The notes beneath the pieces were generated by a model that was not told where the DNA came from, searched no databases, and was given only the letters and a program-made list of their open reading frames with translations. This document shows, in pieces, positions 51,401 through 64,000 of a DNA stretch of 64,000 bases (the stretch's first letter is position 1; every line of letters begins with the position of its first letter). The stretch is from Nemertoderma westbladi (Eukaryota > Animalia > Xenacoelomorpha). The translations under genes were made by a program, and so were the position numbers. The stretch spans positions 124,001 through 188,000 of the forward strand of contig JAUCBJ010008890.1 of assembly GCA_032718475.1 (NCBI GenBank). The letters are read 5' to 3'.

Positions 51401-54400
51401 ATCCTATCCCAAACTGAACACTGAACTTGGTTTATTTATAAAATATCCTATCCCACACTGAACTTGGTTTATTTATAAAACATCCTATCCCGCACTGAAC
51501 ACTGAACTTGGTTTATTTATAAAATATCCTATCCCACACTGAACACTGAACTTGGTTTATTTATAAAATATCCTATCCCACACTGAACACTGAACTTGGT
51601 TTATTTATAAAATATCCTATCCCACACTGAACACTGTACTTGGTTTATTTATAAAATATCCTATCCCACACTGAACTTGGTTTATTTATAAAATATCCTA
51701 TCCCACACTGAACTTGGTTTATTTATAAAATATCCTATCCCACACTGAACTTGGTTTATTTATAAAACATCCTATCCCACACTGAACTTGGTTTATTTAT
51801 AAAATATCCTATCCCACACTGAACACTGAACTTGGTTTATTTATAAAATATCCTATCCCACACTGAACACTGTACTTGGTTTATTTATAAAATATCCTAT
51901 CCCACACTGAACTTGGTTTATTTATAAAATATCCTATCCCACACTGAACACTGAACTTGGTTTATTTATAAAATATCCTATCCCACACTGAACACTGAAC
52001 TTGGTTTATTTATAAAATATCCTATCCCACACTGAACTTGGTTTATTTATAAAATATCCTATCCCACACTGAACTTGGTTTATTTATAAAATATCCTATC
52101 CCACACTGAACTTGGTTTATTTATAAAATATCCTATCCCACACTGAACTTGGTTTATTTATAAAATATCCTATCCCACACTGAACTTGGTTTATTTATAA
52201 AATATCCTATCCCACACTGAACTTGGTTTATTTATAAAATATCCTATCCCACACTGAACTTGGTTTATTTATAAAATATCATATCCCACACTGAACTTGG
52301 TTTATATATAAAATATCATATCCCACACTGAACTTGGTTTATTTATAAAATATCATATCCCACACTGAACTTGGTTTATTTATAAAATATCCTATCCCCC
52401 ACTGAACTTGGTTTATTTATAAAATATCCTATCCCACACTGAACTTGGTTTATTTATAAAATATCCTATCCCACACTGAACTTGGTTTATTTATAAAATA
52501 TCATATCCCACACTGAACTTGGTTTATTTATAAAATATCCTATCCCACACTGAACTTGGTTTATTTATAAAATATCCTATCCCACACTGAACTTGGTTTA
52601 TTTATAAAATATCCTATCCCACACTGAACTTGGTTTATTTATAAAATATCCTATCCTACACTGAACTTGGTTTATTTATAAAATATCCTATCCCACACTG
52701 AACACTGAACTTGGTTTATTTATAAAATATCCTATCCCACACTGAACACTGAACTTGGTTTATTTATAAAATATCCTATCCCACACTGAACACTGAACTT
52801 GGTTTATTTATAAAATATCCTATCCCACACTGAACACTGAACTTGGTTTATTTATAAAATATCCTATCCCACACTGAACACTGAACTTGGTTTATTTATA
52901 AAATATCCTATCCCACACTGAACTTGGTTTATTTATAAAATATCCTATCCCACACTGAACTTGGTTTATTTATAAAATATCCTATCCCACACTGAACACT
53001 GAACTTGGTTTATTTATAAAATATCCTATCCCACACTGAACTTGGTTTATTTATAAAATATCATATCCCACACTGAATTTGGTTTATTTATAAAATATCC
53101 TATCCCACACTGAACTTGGTTTATTTATAAAATATCATATCCCACACTGAACTTGGTTTATATATAAAATATCCTATCCCACACTGAACTTGGTTTATTT
53201 ATAAAATATCATATCCCACACTGAACTTGGTTTATTTATAAAATATCCTATCCCACACTGAACTTGGTTTATTTATAAAATATCCTATCCCACACTGAAC
53301 TTGGTTTATTTGTAAAATATCCTATCCCACACTGAACTTGGTTTATTTATAAAATATCCTATCCCACACTGAACTTGGTTTATTTATAAAATATCCTATC
53401 CCACTCTGAACTTGGTTTATTTATAAAATATCCTATCCCACAGTGAACTTGGTTTATTTATAAAATATCCTATCCCACACTGAACTTGGTTTATTTTTAA
53501 AATATCCTATCCCGCACTGAACACTGAACGTGGTTTATTTATAAAATATCCTATCCCACACTGAACTTGGTTTATTTATAAAATATCCTATCCCGCACTG
53601 AACACTGAACGTGGTTTATTTATAAAATATCCTATCCCACACTGAACTTGGTTTATTTATAAAATATCCTATCCCACACTGAACTTGGTTTATTTATAAA
53701 ATATCCTATCCCACAGTGAACTTGATTTATTTATAAAATATCCTATCCCACACTGAACTTGATTTATTTATAAAATATCCTATCCCACACTGAACTTGGT
53801 TTATTTAAAAAATATCCTATCCCACACTGAACTTGGTTTATTTTTAAAATATCCTATCCCACACTGAACTTGGTTTATTTATAAAATATCCTATCCCACA
53901 CTGAACTTGGTTTATTTATAAAATATCCTATCCCACACTGAACTTGGTTTATTTATAAAATATCCTATCCCACACTGAACTTGGTTTATTTATAAAATAT
54001 CCTATCCCACACTGAACTTGGTTTTTTTATAAAATATCCTATCCCACACTGAACACTGAACTTGGTTTATTTATAAAATATCCTATCCCGCACTGAACAC
54101 TGAACGTTGTTTATTTATAAAATATCCTATCCCACACTGAACTTGGTTTATTTATAAAATATCCTATCCCACACTGAACTTGGTTTATTTATAAAATATC
54201 CTATCCCACACTGAACTTGGTTTATTTATAAAATATCCTATCCCACACTGAACTTGGTTTATTTATAAAATATCCTATCCCACACTGAACTTGGTTTATT
54301 TATAAAATATCCTATCCCACAGTGAACTTGGTTTATTTATAAAATATCCTATCCCACACTGAACACTGAACTTGGTTTATTTATAAAATATCCTATCCCA

Positions 54401-57400
54401 CAGTGAACTTGGTTTATTTATAAAATATCCTATCCCACACTGAACACTGAACTTGGTTTATTTATAAAATATCCTATCCCACACTGAACTTGGTTTATAT
54501 ATAAAATATCCTATCCCACACTGAACTTAGTTTATTTATAAAATATCCTATCCCACACTGAACTTGGTTTATTTATAAAATATCCTATCCCACACTGAAC
54601 GTGGTTTATTTATAAAATATCCTATCCCACACTGAACTTGGTTTATTTATAAAATATCCTATCCCACACTGAACTTGGTTTATTTATAAAATATCCTATC
54701 CCACACTGAACTTGGTTTATTTATAAAACATCCTATCCCACACTGAACTTGGTTTATTTATAAAATATCCTATCCCACACTGAACTTGGTTTATTTATAA
54801 AATATCCTATCCCACACTGAACACTGAACTTGGTTTATTTATAAAATATCCTATCCCACACTGAACTTGGTTTATTTATAAAACATCCTATCCCACACTG
54901 AACTTGGTTTATTTATAAAATATCCTATCCCACACTGAACACTGAACTTGGTTTATTTATAAAATATCCTATCCCACACTGAACACTGTACTTGGTTTAT
55001 TTATAAAATATCCTATCCCACACTGAACTTGGTTTATTTATAAAATATCCTATCCCACACTGAACTTGGTTTATTTATAAAATATCCTATCCCACACTGA
55101 ACTTGGTTTATTTATAAAACATCCTATCCCACACTGAACTTGGTTTATTTATAAAATATCCTATCCCACACTGAACACTGTACTTGGTTTATTTATAAAA
55201 TATCCTATCCCACACTGAACTTGGTTTATTTATAAAATATCCTATCCCACACTGAACACTGAACTTGGTTTATTTATAAAATATCCTATCCCACACTGAA
55301 CACTAAACTTGGTTTATTTATAAAATATCCTATCCCACACTGAACTTGGTTTATTTATAAAATATCCTATCCCACACTGAACACTGAACTTGGTTTATTT
55401 ATAAAATATCCTAACCCACACTGAACACTGAACTTGGTTTATTTATAAAATATCCTATCCCACACTGAACACTGAACTTGGTTTATTTATAAAATATCCT
55501 ATCCCACACTGAACACTGAACTTGGTTTATTTATAAAATATCCTATCCCACACTGAACTTGGTTTATTTATAAAATATCCTATCCCACACTGAACTTGGT
55601 TTATTTATAAAATATCCTATCCCACACTGAACTTGGTTTATTTATAAAATATCCTATCCCACACTGAACTTGGTTTATTTATAAAATATCCTATCCCACA
55701 CTGAACACTGAACTTGGTTTATTTATAAAATATCCTATCCCACACTGAACTTGGTTTATTTATAAAATATCCTATCCCACACTGAACACTGAACTTGGTT
55801 TATTTATAAAATATCCTATCCCACACTGAACACTGAACTTGGTTTATTTATAAAATATCCTATCCCACACTGAACACTGAACTTGGATTTATTTATAAAA
55901 TATCCTATCCCACACTGAACACTGAACTTGGTTTATTTATAAAATATCCTATCCCACACTGAACTTGGTTTATTTATAAAATATCCTATCCCACACTGAA
56001 CTTGGTTTATTTATAAAATATCCTATCCCACACTGAACTTGGTTTATTTATAAAATATCCTATCCCACACTGAACTTGGTTTATTTATAAAATATCCTAT
56101 CCCACACTGAACTTGGTTTATTTATAAAATATCCTATCCCACACTGAACTTGGTTTATTTATAAAACATCCTAACCCACACTGAACTTGGTTTATTTATA
56201 AAATATCCTATCCCACACTGAACTTGGTTTATTTATAAAATATCCTATCCCACACTGAACACTTAACTTGGTTTATTTATAAAATATCCTATCCCACACT
56301 GAACTTGGTTTATTTATAAAACATCCTATCCCACACTGAACTTGGTTTATTTATAAAATATCCTATCCCACACTGAACTTGGTTTATTTATAAAATATCC
56401 TATCCCACACTGAACTTGGTTTATTTATAAAACATCCTATCCCACACTGAACTTGGTTTATTTATAAAATATCCTATCCCACACTGAACTTGGTTTATTT
56501 ATAAAACATCCTATCCCACACTGAACTTGGTTTATTTATAAAATATCCTATCCCACACTGAACACTGAACTTGGTTTATTTATAAAATATCCTATCCCAC
56601 ACTGAACTTGGTTTATTTATAAAATATCCTATCCCACACTGAACACTGAACTTGGTTTATTTATAAAATATCCTATCCCACACTGAACTTGGTTTATTTA
56701 TAACACATCCTATCCCACACTGAACTTGGTTTATTTATAAAATATCCTATCCCACACTGAACTTGGTTTATTTATAAAATATCCTATCCCACACTGAACT
56801 TGGTTTATTTATAAAACATCCTATCCCACACTGAACTTGGTTTATTTATAAAATATCCTATCCCACACTGAACTTGGTTTATTTATAAAACATCCTATCC
56901 CACACTGAACTTGGTTTATTTATAAAATATCCTATCCCACACTGAACACTGAACTTGGTTTATTTATAAAATATCCTATCCCACACTGAACTTGGTTTAT
57001 TTATAAAATATCCTATCCAACACTGAACACTGAACTTGGTTTATTTATAAAATATCCTATCCCACACTGAACTTGGTTTATTTATAAAATATCCTATCCC
57101 ACACTGAACTTGGTTTATTTATAAAATATCCTATCCCACACTGAACACTGAACTTGGTTTATTTATAAAATATCCTACCCCACACTGAACTTGGTTTATT
57201 TATAAAACATCCTATCCCACACTGAACTTGGTTTATTTATAAAATATCCTATCCCACACTGAACTTGGTTTATTTATAAAATATCCTATCCCACACTGAA
57301 CTTGGTTTATTTATAAAATATCCTATCCCAAACTGAACACTGAACTTGGTTTATTTATAAAATATCCTATCCCACACTGAACTTGGTTTATTTATAAAAC

Positions 57401-59937
57401 ATCCTATCCCGCACTGAACACTGAACTTGGTTTATTTATAAAACATCCTATCCCACACTGAACTTGGTTTATTTATAAAATATCCTATCCCACACTGAAC
57501 TTGGTTTATTTATAAAATATCCTATCCCACACTGAACTTGGTTTATTTATAAAATATCCTATCCCAAACTGAACACTGAACTTGGTTTATTTATAAAATA
57601 TCCTATCCCACACTGAACTTGGTTTATTTATAAAACATCCTATCCCGCACTGAACACTGAACTTGGTTTATTTATAAAATATCCTATCCCACACTGAACA
57701 CTGAACTTGGTTTATTTATAAAATATCCTATCCCACACTGAACACTGAACTTGGTTTATTTATAAAATATCCTATCCCACACTGAACACTGTACTTGGTT
57801 TATTTATAAAATATCCTATCCCACACTGAACTTGGTTTATTTATAAAATATCCTATCCCACACTGAACTTGGTTTATTTATAAAATATCCTATCCCACAC
57901 TGAACTTGGTTTATTTATAAAACATCCTATCCCACACTGAACTTGGTTTATTTATAAAATATCCTATCCCACACTGAACACTGAACTTGGTTTATTTATA
58001 AAATATCCTATCCCACACTGAACACTGTACTTGGTTTATTTATAAAATATCCTATCCCACACTGAACTTGGTTTATTTATAAAATATCCTATCCCACACT
58101 GAACTTGGTTTATTTATAAAATATCCTATCCCACACTGAACACTGAACTTGGTTTATTTATAAAATATCCTATCCCACACTGAACTTGGTTTATTTATAA
58201 AATATCCTATCCCACACTGAACTTGGTTTATTTATAAAATATCCTATCCCACACTGAACTTGGTTTATTTATAAAATATCCTATCCCACACTGAACTTGG
58301 TTTATTTATAAAATATCCTATCCCACACTGAACTTGGTTTATTTATAAAATATCCTATCCCACACTGAACTTGGTTTATTTATAAAATATCCTATCCCAC
58401 ACTGAACTTGGTTTATTTATAAAATATCATATCCCACACTGAACTTGGTTTATATATAAAATATCATATCCCACACTGAACTTGGTTTATTTATAAAATA
58501 TCATATCCCACACTGAACTTGGTTTATTTATAAAATATCCTATCCCACACTGAACTTGGTTTATTTATAAAATATCCTATCCCACACTGAACGTGGTTTA
58601 TTTATAAAATATCCTATCCCACACTGAACTTGGTTTATTTATAAAATATCCTATCCCACACTGAACTTGGTTTATTTATAAAATATCCTATCCCACACTG
58701 AACTTGGTTTATTTATAAAATATCCTATCCCACACTGAACTTGGTTTATTTATAAAATATCCTATCCCACACTGAACGTGGTTTATTTATAAAATATCCT
58801 ATCCCACACTGAACTTGGTTTATTTATAAAATATCATATCCCACACTGAGCTTGGTTTATATATAAAATATCATATCCCACACTGAACTTGGTTTATTTA
58901 TAAAATATCATATCCCACACTGAACTTGGTTTATTTATAAAATATCCTATCCCACACTGAACTTGGTTTATTTATAAAATATCCTATCCCACACTGAACT
59001 TGGTTTATTTATAAAATATCCTATCCCACACTGAACTTGGTTTATTTATAAAATATCCTATCCCACACTGAACTTGGTTTATTTATAAAATATCCTATCC
59101 CACACTGAACTTGGTTTATTTATAAAATATCCTATCCTACACTGAACTTGGTTTATTTATAAAATATCCTATCCCACACTGAACTTGGTTTATTTATAAA
59201 ATATCCTATCCCACACTGAACACTGAACTTGGTTTATTTATAAAATATCCTATCCCACACTGAACACTGAACTTGGTTTATTTATAAAATATCCTATCCC
59301 ACACTGAACACTGAACTTGGTTTATTTATAAAATATCCTATCCCACACTGAACTTGGTTTATTTATAAAATATCCTATCCCACACTGAACACTGTACTTG
59401 GTTTATTTATAAAATATCATATCCCACACTGAACTTGGTTTATATATAAAATATCCTATCCCACACTGAACTTGGTTTATTTATAAAATATCCTATCCCA
59501 CACTGAACTTGGTTTATTTATAAAATATCCTATCCCACACTGAACTTGGTTTATTTATAAAATATCCTATCCCACACTGAACTTGGTTTATTTATAAAAT
59601 ATCATATCCCACACTGAACTTGGTTTATTTATAAAATATCCTATCCCACACTGAACTTGGTTTATTTATAAAATATCCTATCCCACACTGAACTTGGTTT
59701 ATTTATAAAATATCCTATCCCACACTGAACTTGGTTTATTTATAAAATATCCTATCCCACACTGAACTTGGTTTATTTATAAAATATCCTATCCCACACT
59801 GAACTTGGTTTATTTATAAAATATCCTATCCTACACTGAACTTGGTTTATTTATAAAATATCCTATCCCACACTGAACTTGGTTTATTTATAAAATATCC
59901 TATCCCACACTGAACACTAAATTTGGTTTATTTATAA
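36432..59937. repeat. Satellite array ~23.5 kb, 37-bp unit with 44-bp variant, higher-order structure
   Basis: ATCCTATCCCACACTGAACTTGGTTTATTTATAAAAT; variant duplicates ACACTGA; roughly 600 units estimated from length. Confidence 0.99.
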
Positions 59938-60225
59938 CTTCAAAGAAAATAATATATTATTACAATCTTTATTTAGAATTTATCTTATTGAGCTGCGTCG
60001 ATTGATATAACTTTCATTGACGGACGAGCTATAGCTTCGGAGGAGTTCATCTGGCTGATATACATACATACATACATACATACATACATACATACATACA
60101 TACATACATACATACATACATACATACATACATACATACATACATACATAGATAGATAAATAGTGAATACTTTTACAGTAACGGTCTTCTAATAAGCTTC
60201 AGTGGAACTAAGCGAGTAGAATTAA
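59938..60225 (-). mobile_element. DINE-1/Helentron-like terminal module with (TACA)n microsatellite
   Basis: TAGCTTCGGAGGAGTT block, (TACA)n 60061-60150, imperfect terminal hairpin TTCTA..GCTT..AAGC..TAGAA. Confidence 0.55.
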
Positions 60226-60544
60226 TATATTTTAAAATTAATTAATGTTGGTGAAACACATCATCATCAACTGCAGCTTGACAATCCAAACTAAATTTGT
60301 GAGCATCTACAGTGGTATCTACAGTATTAATAGATACTATAAATACTAATGTAGAAGCCAGACGCGCGAAGCGTTATGGCTGTGTTTATGCCGTAATAAT
60401 TGGCTTTTAATGGTTTGTAGGCAGACCCAAGTGTAAAGCAAAGCAAGAAACCCGTTACAATATAATGTATAATCTATGAGAGATAGAAATAAAATAAAAT
60501 ATTGAGGGTCTTTAGCTGGTTATATTATATTAAATAAAGATACA

Positions 60545-60584
60545 ATAGTAAACGTTTTCGACCTACCGGTCTGCATCAGACTAT
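60545..60584 (-). ncRNA. Degenerate minimal type I hammerhead (Penelope-like style)
   Basis: AUAGU CUGAUGCA GACC GGUA GGUC GAAA ACGU U U ACUAU; stems I and II perfect, palindromic stem III, core deviates from CUGAUGA. Confidence 0.6.
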
Positions 60585-60809
60585 GTACTGGCAACTAACA
60601 GGAAAAGGTGGGGGTCTATATACTGTAATAGTATATCTTAAGTAAAGCTTCTCATTGGGTCATGTGTTAATGGCTATTCTGAACCGGAGGGAAATTTCCC
60701 CAGATACTTCTATATCTAAAGCTCAAATTGTGTATGTATGTACCGGTATGTATGTTTGTATTGCGCGCCTGGCATGCTAGTGGCATACCTACAGTACAAT
60801 GGTGTAGGC

Positions 60810-61101
60810 CTGTAGTGTCTGGTGGATATGAATGCATTGTACATGATACATAGAACCCACGTAGCATTCCCGTGTTATGTGCCATCCGAAGATTTGGTGT
60901 CCTCGGCAGTTAGAGCACAACATGGACTCCCATGTGGGAGCACTGGTACTACTGCAGCTCTAAATAATTTAATCTAAATTTACGGCATATTCTGTGTGAC
61001 TTCCAAATCCTGGAAAGCCCATCCACTGCTGCCCAGGCCTTTCCCTTAAGTATTCAAAGGTGACTCAATACTTTGAAGGCTCACCTGACTTCCAGATCCA
61101 T
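60810..61101 (-). pseudogene. Diverged fragment of the same RTE-type family as 14346-15733
   Basis: Reverse complement matches ~15396-15670 (CATGGATC.GGAAGTCAGGTGAG, GCTTTCCAGGATTTGGAAGTCAC, GCTCTAACTGC.GAGGACACCAAATCT). Confidence 0.85.
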
Positions 61102-61354
61102 GTTATAGGTATATAAGTTAAAAAATAAATACATAAATTAATTTTATAAATTATAATATAAAAAACATATGGTTCATTTTATAATAATTTAATGTTATTA
61201 ATTATACGTAATTGCAAATTAGTAACTTTAAAATTGATTATTATTATTATTACAGTATATTTTTTATTGATATTGATAATATTATTAATTTATTATTATT
61301 GCAATAGTATTTTTTATTATTATTATTACAGTTTTTGTAATGATGTTTAGCTTT

Positions 61355-63997
61355 TTACTCCAAATCACCATTAATAATATAATGATATACAAACACCCGA
61401 TCTAACTGTGTTTCCGTTATCACCATTGTCCCTTTATACGCTGCAATGCCTCCTATCTGAGAATGACCTACCGCTACCGTCCCCAGGTACAGGCCGTTGT
61501 GTGTGTAAGCGTGCACCGAAGTCATATCCTCTAATTCCCTATCGACCACTTTACTTTTAGTCGCAAAGAAATATACACCTTTTTCATCGATGGCTAGTTT
61601 ATAAGCTCCCAGTATCTTACCAATGTGGCCTGAAAGCGGTTGTATATTTTTCTCTTCTGTTGTGACTCTCTGAGAAGTAAACATCTCTGTTGTTAATGAG
61701 GAAAGTTGCGAGTTATATCTTTTCACAATCTCGGTGGAACCAGAGGTTTTGTATTTCTGCAAGGCCTTTAACGATTTACATTTTCCGCAAAAGGCTATAT
61801 CGAGTGTCCCACTACCAAAATAAGCTAGCTTGGATATTCCTTTAACTCTAGGCATGCGATTATCTGCTGTCCATATTTGAGTACCTTCTATTGCCACGCG
61901 TTTCTGTGCATTCAATTTGTACGATCGTTCTGGTAAATCATTCTTGATCTTAATTATAGTGTCTCCTCTGTCCCCTATAATGTAAATAAACCCATCAGTG
62001 TCTTCACCAATACCTCCAGCTACACCCCTAAACCCTCGCTTACCGAGTTTATCGTTATTAAAGCGTTTCTTGCATCGTAAAATAAAGTTGACCTTTTTTT
62101 CTCTTCCAATCCGCTTTATTGACGTGTCTCCACTAACCAGGAAATCTCCCCCCGCTATCCCCCCGATGTGCTTCGCTTTACCTCCGACTGGAATCACATC
62201 AACGACTTCACCATCGAAACTCACAACCTGAATCCGACTGTTGCCGCTGTCTATGACCGCGAAGCCATTGAGTTCGGAACACACAGCCACCCCGGATGGA
62301 GATTTAAAGTTCCCTCGTCCTGCACCTCGATCTGATAAACAGCGTCGAATTATACTTGTAATGTGTATGATTCTACCAGGTTGGATAACATCCTCAGTTA
62401 AATGCAATTTGAGATTATTAATCTGTTGATCCGACAATGGAGCTAAGTGAATATTTATTAAGGATGATGTTGGAGTTGCTGTGTAGCTGTATGTCGATGG
62501 GGTGGTGCAGCTGGTAGCTGTTGTCGGTACTACTGGAGTATTGACCTCACTGGACAAGGTCACAATATTTCTGCTCACATTAGGCCTAAAATTTGCAAGT
62601 ATGTTTGAAATTTGCGCCGATTGAGACTGTAGAAAGGTTGATGTCTCTGTATCCCTAGTCACTTGACTGTCGTTACTTAAATTATTAGATTCACCAGCTG
62701 GTTCACCAGTGTCTTCTGTACTTGACGTAGTTACTGGAAATAAGTTAACCCAAGTGCAAAAGTTGTCGGGTCTACTGGAAGCCGTTGTTACTACTGCTGA
62801 CGTCGATTCGTTACTTGGTAAGTTTATGGATAAGGCAATGGAATTAGAGGAAATAGATGATGAAGTAATGCTGTCAGTTACAGTTACTGGTGTTGTTGCT
62901 GAAATGACATCAGATGATGATGTTGTAGTGTCAGTCACTTGCGCTGGTTCTGAAATTACATCAGATGGTGAAGTTGTGGTGTCGGTTACAGACCTTGTTG
63001 TGGATATGAGGTCAGATGATGAGGTTGTGGTGTGATTTACTTGCGCTGGTGCTGAAATGACATCAGAAGATGAAGTTGTGCTGTCAGTTACTGGGTGTGT
63101 TGCAGAAATGACATCAGATGGTGACATTGTGCTGTCAGTTACTGACCTTGTTGTTGATATGAGGTCAGATGATGAGGTTTTGGTGTGATTTACTTGCGCT
63201 GGTGCTGAAATGACATCAGAAGATGAAGTTGTGCAGTCAGTTACTGGGTGTGTTGCAGAAATGACATCAGATGGTGACATTGTGCTGTCAGTTACTGACC
63301 TTGTTGTTGATATGAGGTCAGATGATGAGGTTGTGGTGTGATTTACTTGCGCTGGTGCTGAAATGACATCAGAAGACGAAGTTGTGCTGTCAGTTACTGG
63401 GTGTGTTGCAGAAATGACATCAGATGGTGACATTGTGCTGTCAGTTACTGACCTTGTTATTGATATGAGGTCAGATGATGAGGTTGTGGTGTGATTTACT
63501 TGCGCTGGTGCTGAAATGACATCAGAAGATGAAGTTGTGCTGTCAGTTACTGGGTGTGTTGCAGAAATGACATCAGATGGTGACATTGTGCTGTCAGTTA
63601 CTGACCTTGTTGTTGATATGAGGTCAGATGATGAGGTTGTAGTGTGATTTACTTGCGCTGGTGCTGAAATTACATCAGAAGATGAAGTTGTGGTGTCAGT
63701 TACTGGTGGTGTTGCTGAAATGACATCAGATGGTGACATTGTGCTGTCGGTTACAGACCTTGTTGTTGATATGAGGTCAGATGATGAGGTTGTGGTGCGA
63801 TTTACTTGCGCTGGTACTGAAATGACAACAGAAGAAGAAGTTGTGCTGTCAGTTACTGGGGGTGTTGCAGAAATGACGTCTGATGATGACGTTGTGGGGT
63901 CGGTTACAGACCTTGTTGTTGTAATGAGATCAGATGATGAGGTTGTGGGGCTTGTGGTGTAATTTACTAACGTTGTTGGTGAAATTACAACATGCAT
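61355..63997 (-). CDS. Ser/Thr-rich repeat protein with C-terminal NHL/beta-propeller domain (probably 5'-partial)
   Basis: 880-aa ORF open at window edge; GAGRGNFKSPSGVAV...VIDSGNSRIQVV is an NHL repeat; further FRGVA..FIYI, LAIDEKG, IGGIAAY..ITETQLDRVFVY blades. Confidence 0.8.
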   Translation of the reverse strand: MHVVISPTTLVNYTTSPTTSSSDLITTTRSVTDPTTSSSDVISATPPVTDSTTSSSVVISVPAQVNRTTTSSSDLISTTRSVTDSTMSPSDVISATPPVTDTTTSSSDVISAPAQVNHTTTSSSDLISTTRSVTDSTMSPSDVISATHPVTDSTTSSSDVISAPAQVNHTTTSSSDLISITRSVTDSTMSPSDVISATHPVTDSTTSSSDVISAPAQVNHTTTSSSDLISTTRSVTDSTMSPSDVISATHPVTDCTTSSSDVISAPAQVNHTKTSSSDLISTTRSVTDSTMSPSDVISATHPVTDSTTSSSDVISAPAQVNHTTTSSSDLISTTRSVTDTTTSPSDVISEPAQVTDTTTSSSDVISATTPVTVTDSITSSSISSNSIALSINLPSNESTSAVVTTASSRPDNFCTWVNLFPVTTSSTEDTGEPAGESNNLSNDSQVTRDTETSTFLQSQSAQISNILANFRPNVSRNIVTLSSEVNTPVVPTTATSCTTPSTYSYTATPTSSLINIHLAPLSDQQINNLKLHLTEDVIQPGRIIHITSIIRRCLSDRGAGRGNFKSPSGVAVCSELNGFAVIDSGNSRIQVVSFDGEVVDVIPVGGKAKHIGGIAGGDFLVSGDTSIKRIGREKKVNFILRCKKRFNNDKLGKRGFRGVAGGIGEDTDGFIYIIGDRGDTIIKIKNDLPERSYKLNAQKRVAIEGTQIWTADNRMPRVKGISKLAYFGSGTLDIAFCGKCKSLKALQKYKTSGSTEIVKRYNSQLSSLTTEMFTSQRVTTEEKNIQPLSGHIGKILGAYKLAIDEKGVYFFATKSKVVDRELEDMTSVHAYTHNGLYLGTVAVGHSQIGGIAAYKGTMVITETQLDRVFVYHYIINGDLE
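62880..63990 (-). repeat. Coding tandem repeat, 51-bp subunit in 153-bp higher-order unit
   Basis: 17-aa SD(V/L)IS... subunits; 51-aa unit repeated near-identically. Confidence 0.92.
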
Positions 63998-64000
63998 TGA

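Noticed and set aside
36432-59937. CRISPR array (37-bp repeat)
   Set aside because: Units are head-to-tail with no unique spacers, no cas genes, eukaryotic context.

Overview
Eukaryotic (invertebrate-type, AT-rich) genomic DNA dominated by transposable elements; no prokaryotic operons, rRNA or CRISPR. Host-like genes: an intronless NDUFB4-like complex I subunit ORF, an intronless class A GPCR, and the 3' part of a Ser/Thr-repeat + NHL beta-propeller gene. Mobile elements: a 5'-truncated CR1-type LINE, a CRE-type REL retrotransposon whose RT core is replaced by an inverted RTE-type fragment, a full-length but decayed BEL/Pao LTR element (TSD TTACA), a deleted piggyBac, MITEs/foldbacks, tRNA-derived SINEs, and a ~23.5 kb 37/44-bp satellite that seems to sit inside a Helentron/DINE-1-like element. 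Most notable findings: (1) a complete hammerhead ribozyme core at 9715-9783 (-) whose strands are in a non-circularly permuted order with an extra 7-bp helix; (2) the BEL/Pao element lacks a tRNA PBS but has a 10-nt site abutting the 5' LTR that is complementary to its own LTR (Tf1-like self-priming geometry); (3) a type I hammerhead nested between Pol III A and B boxes in a 362-bp retrozyme-like repeat. All family and structure calls are by eye; none has been confirmed by search or experiment.
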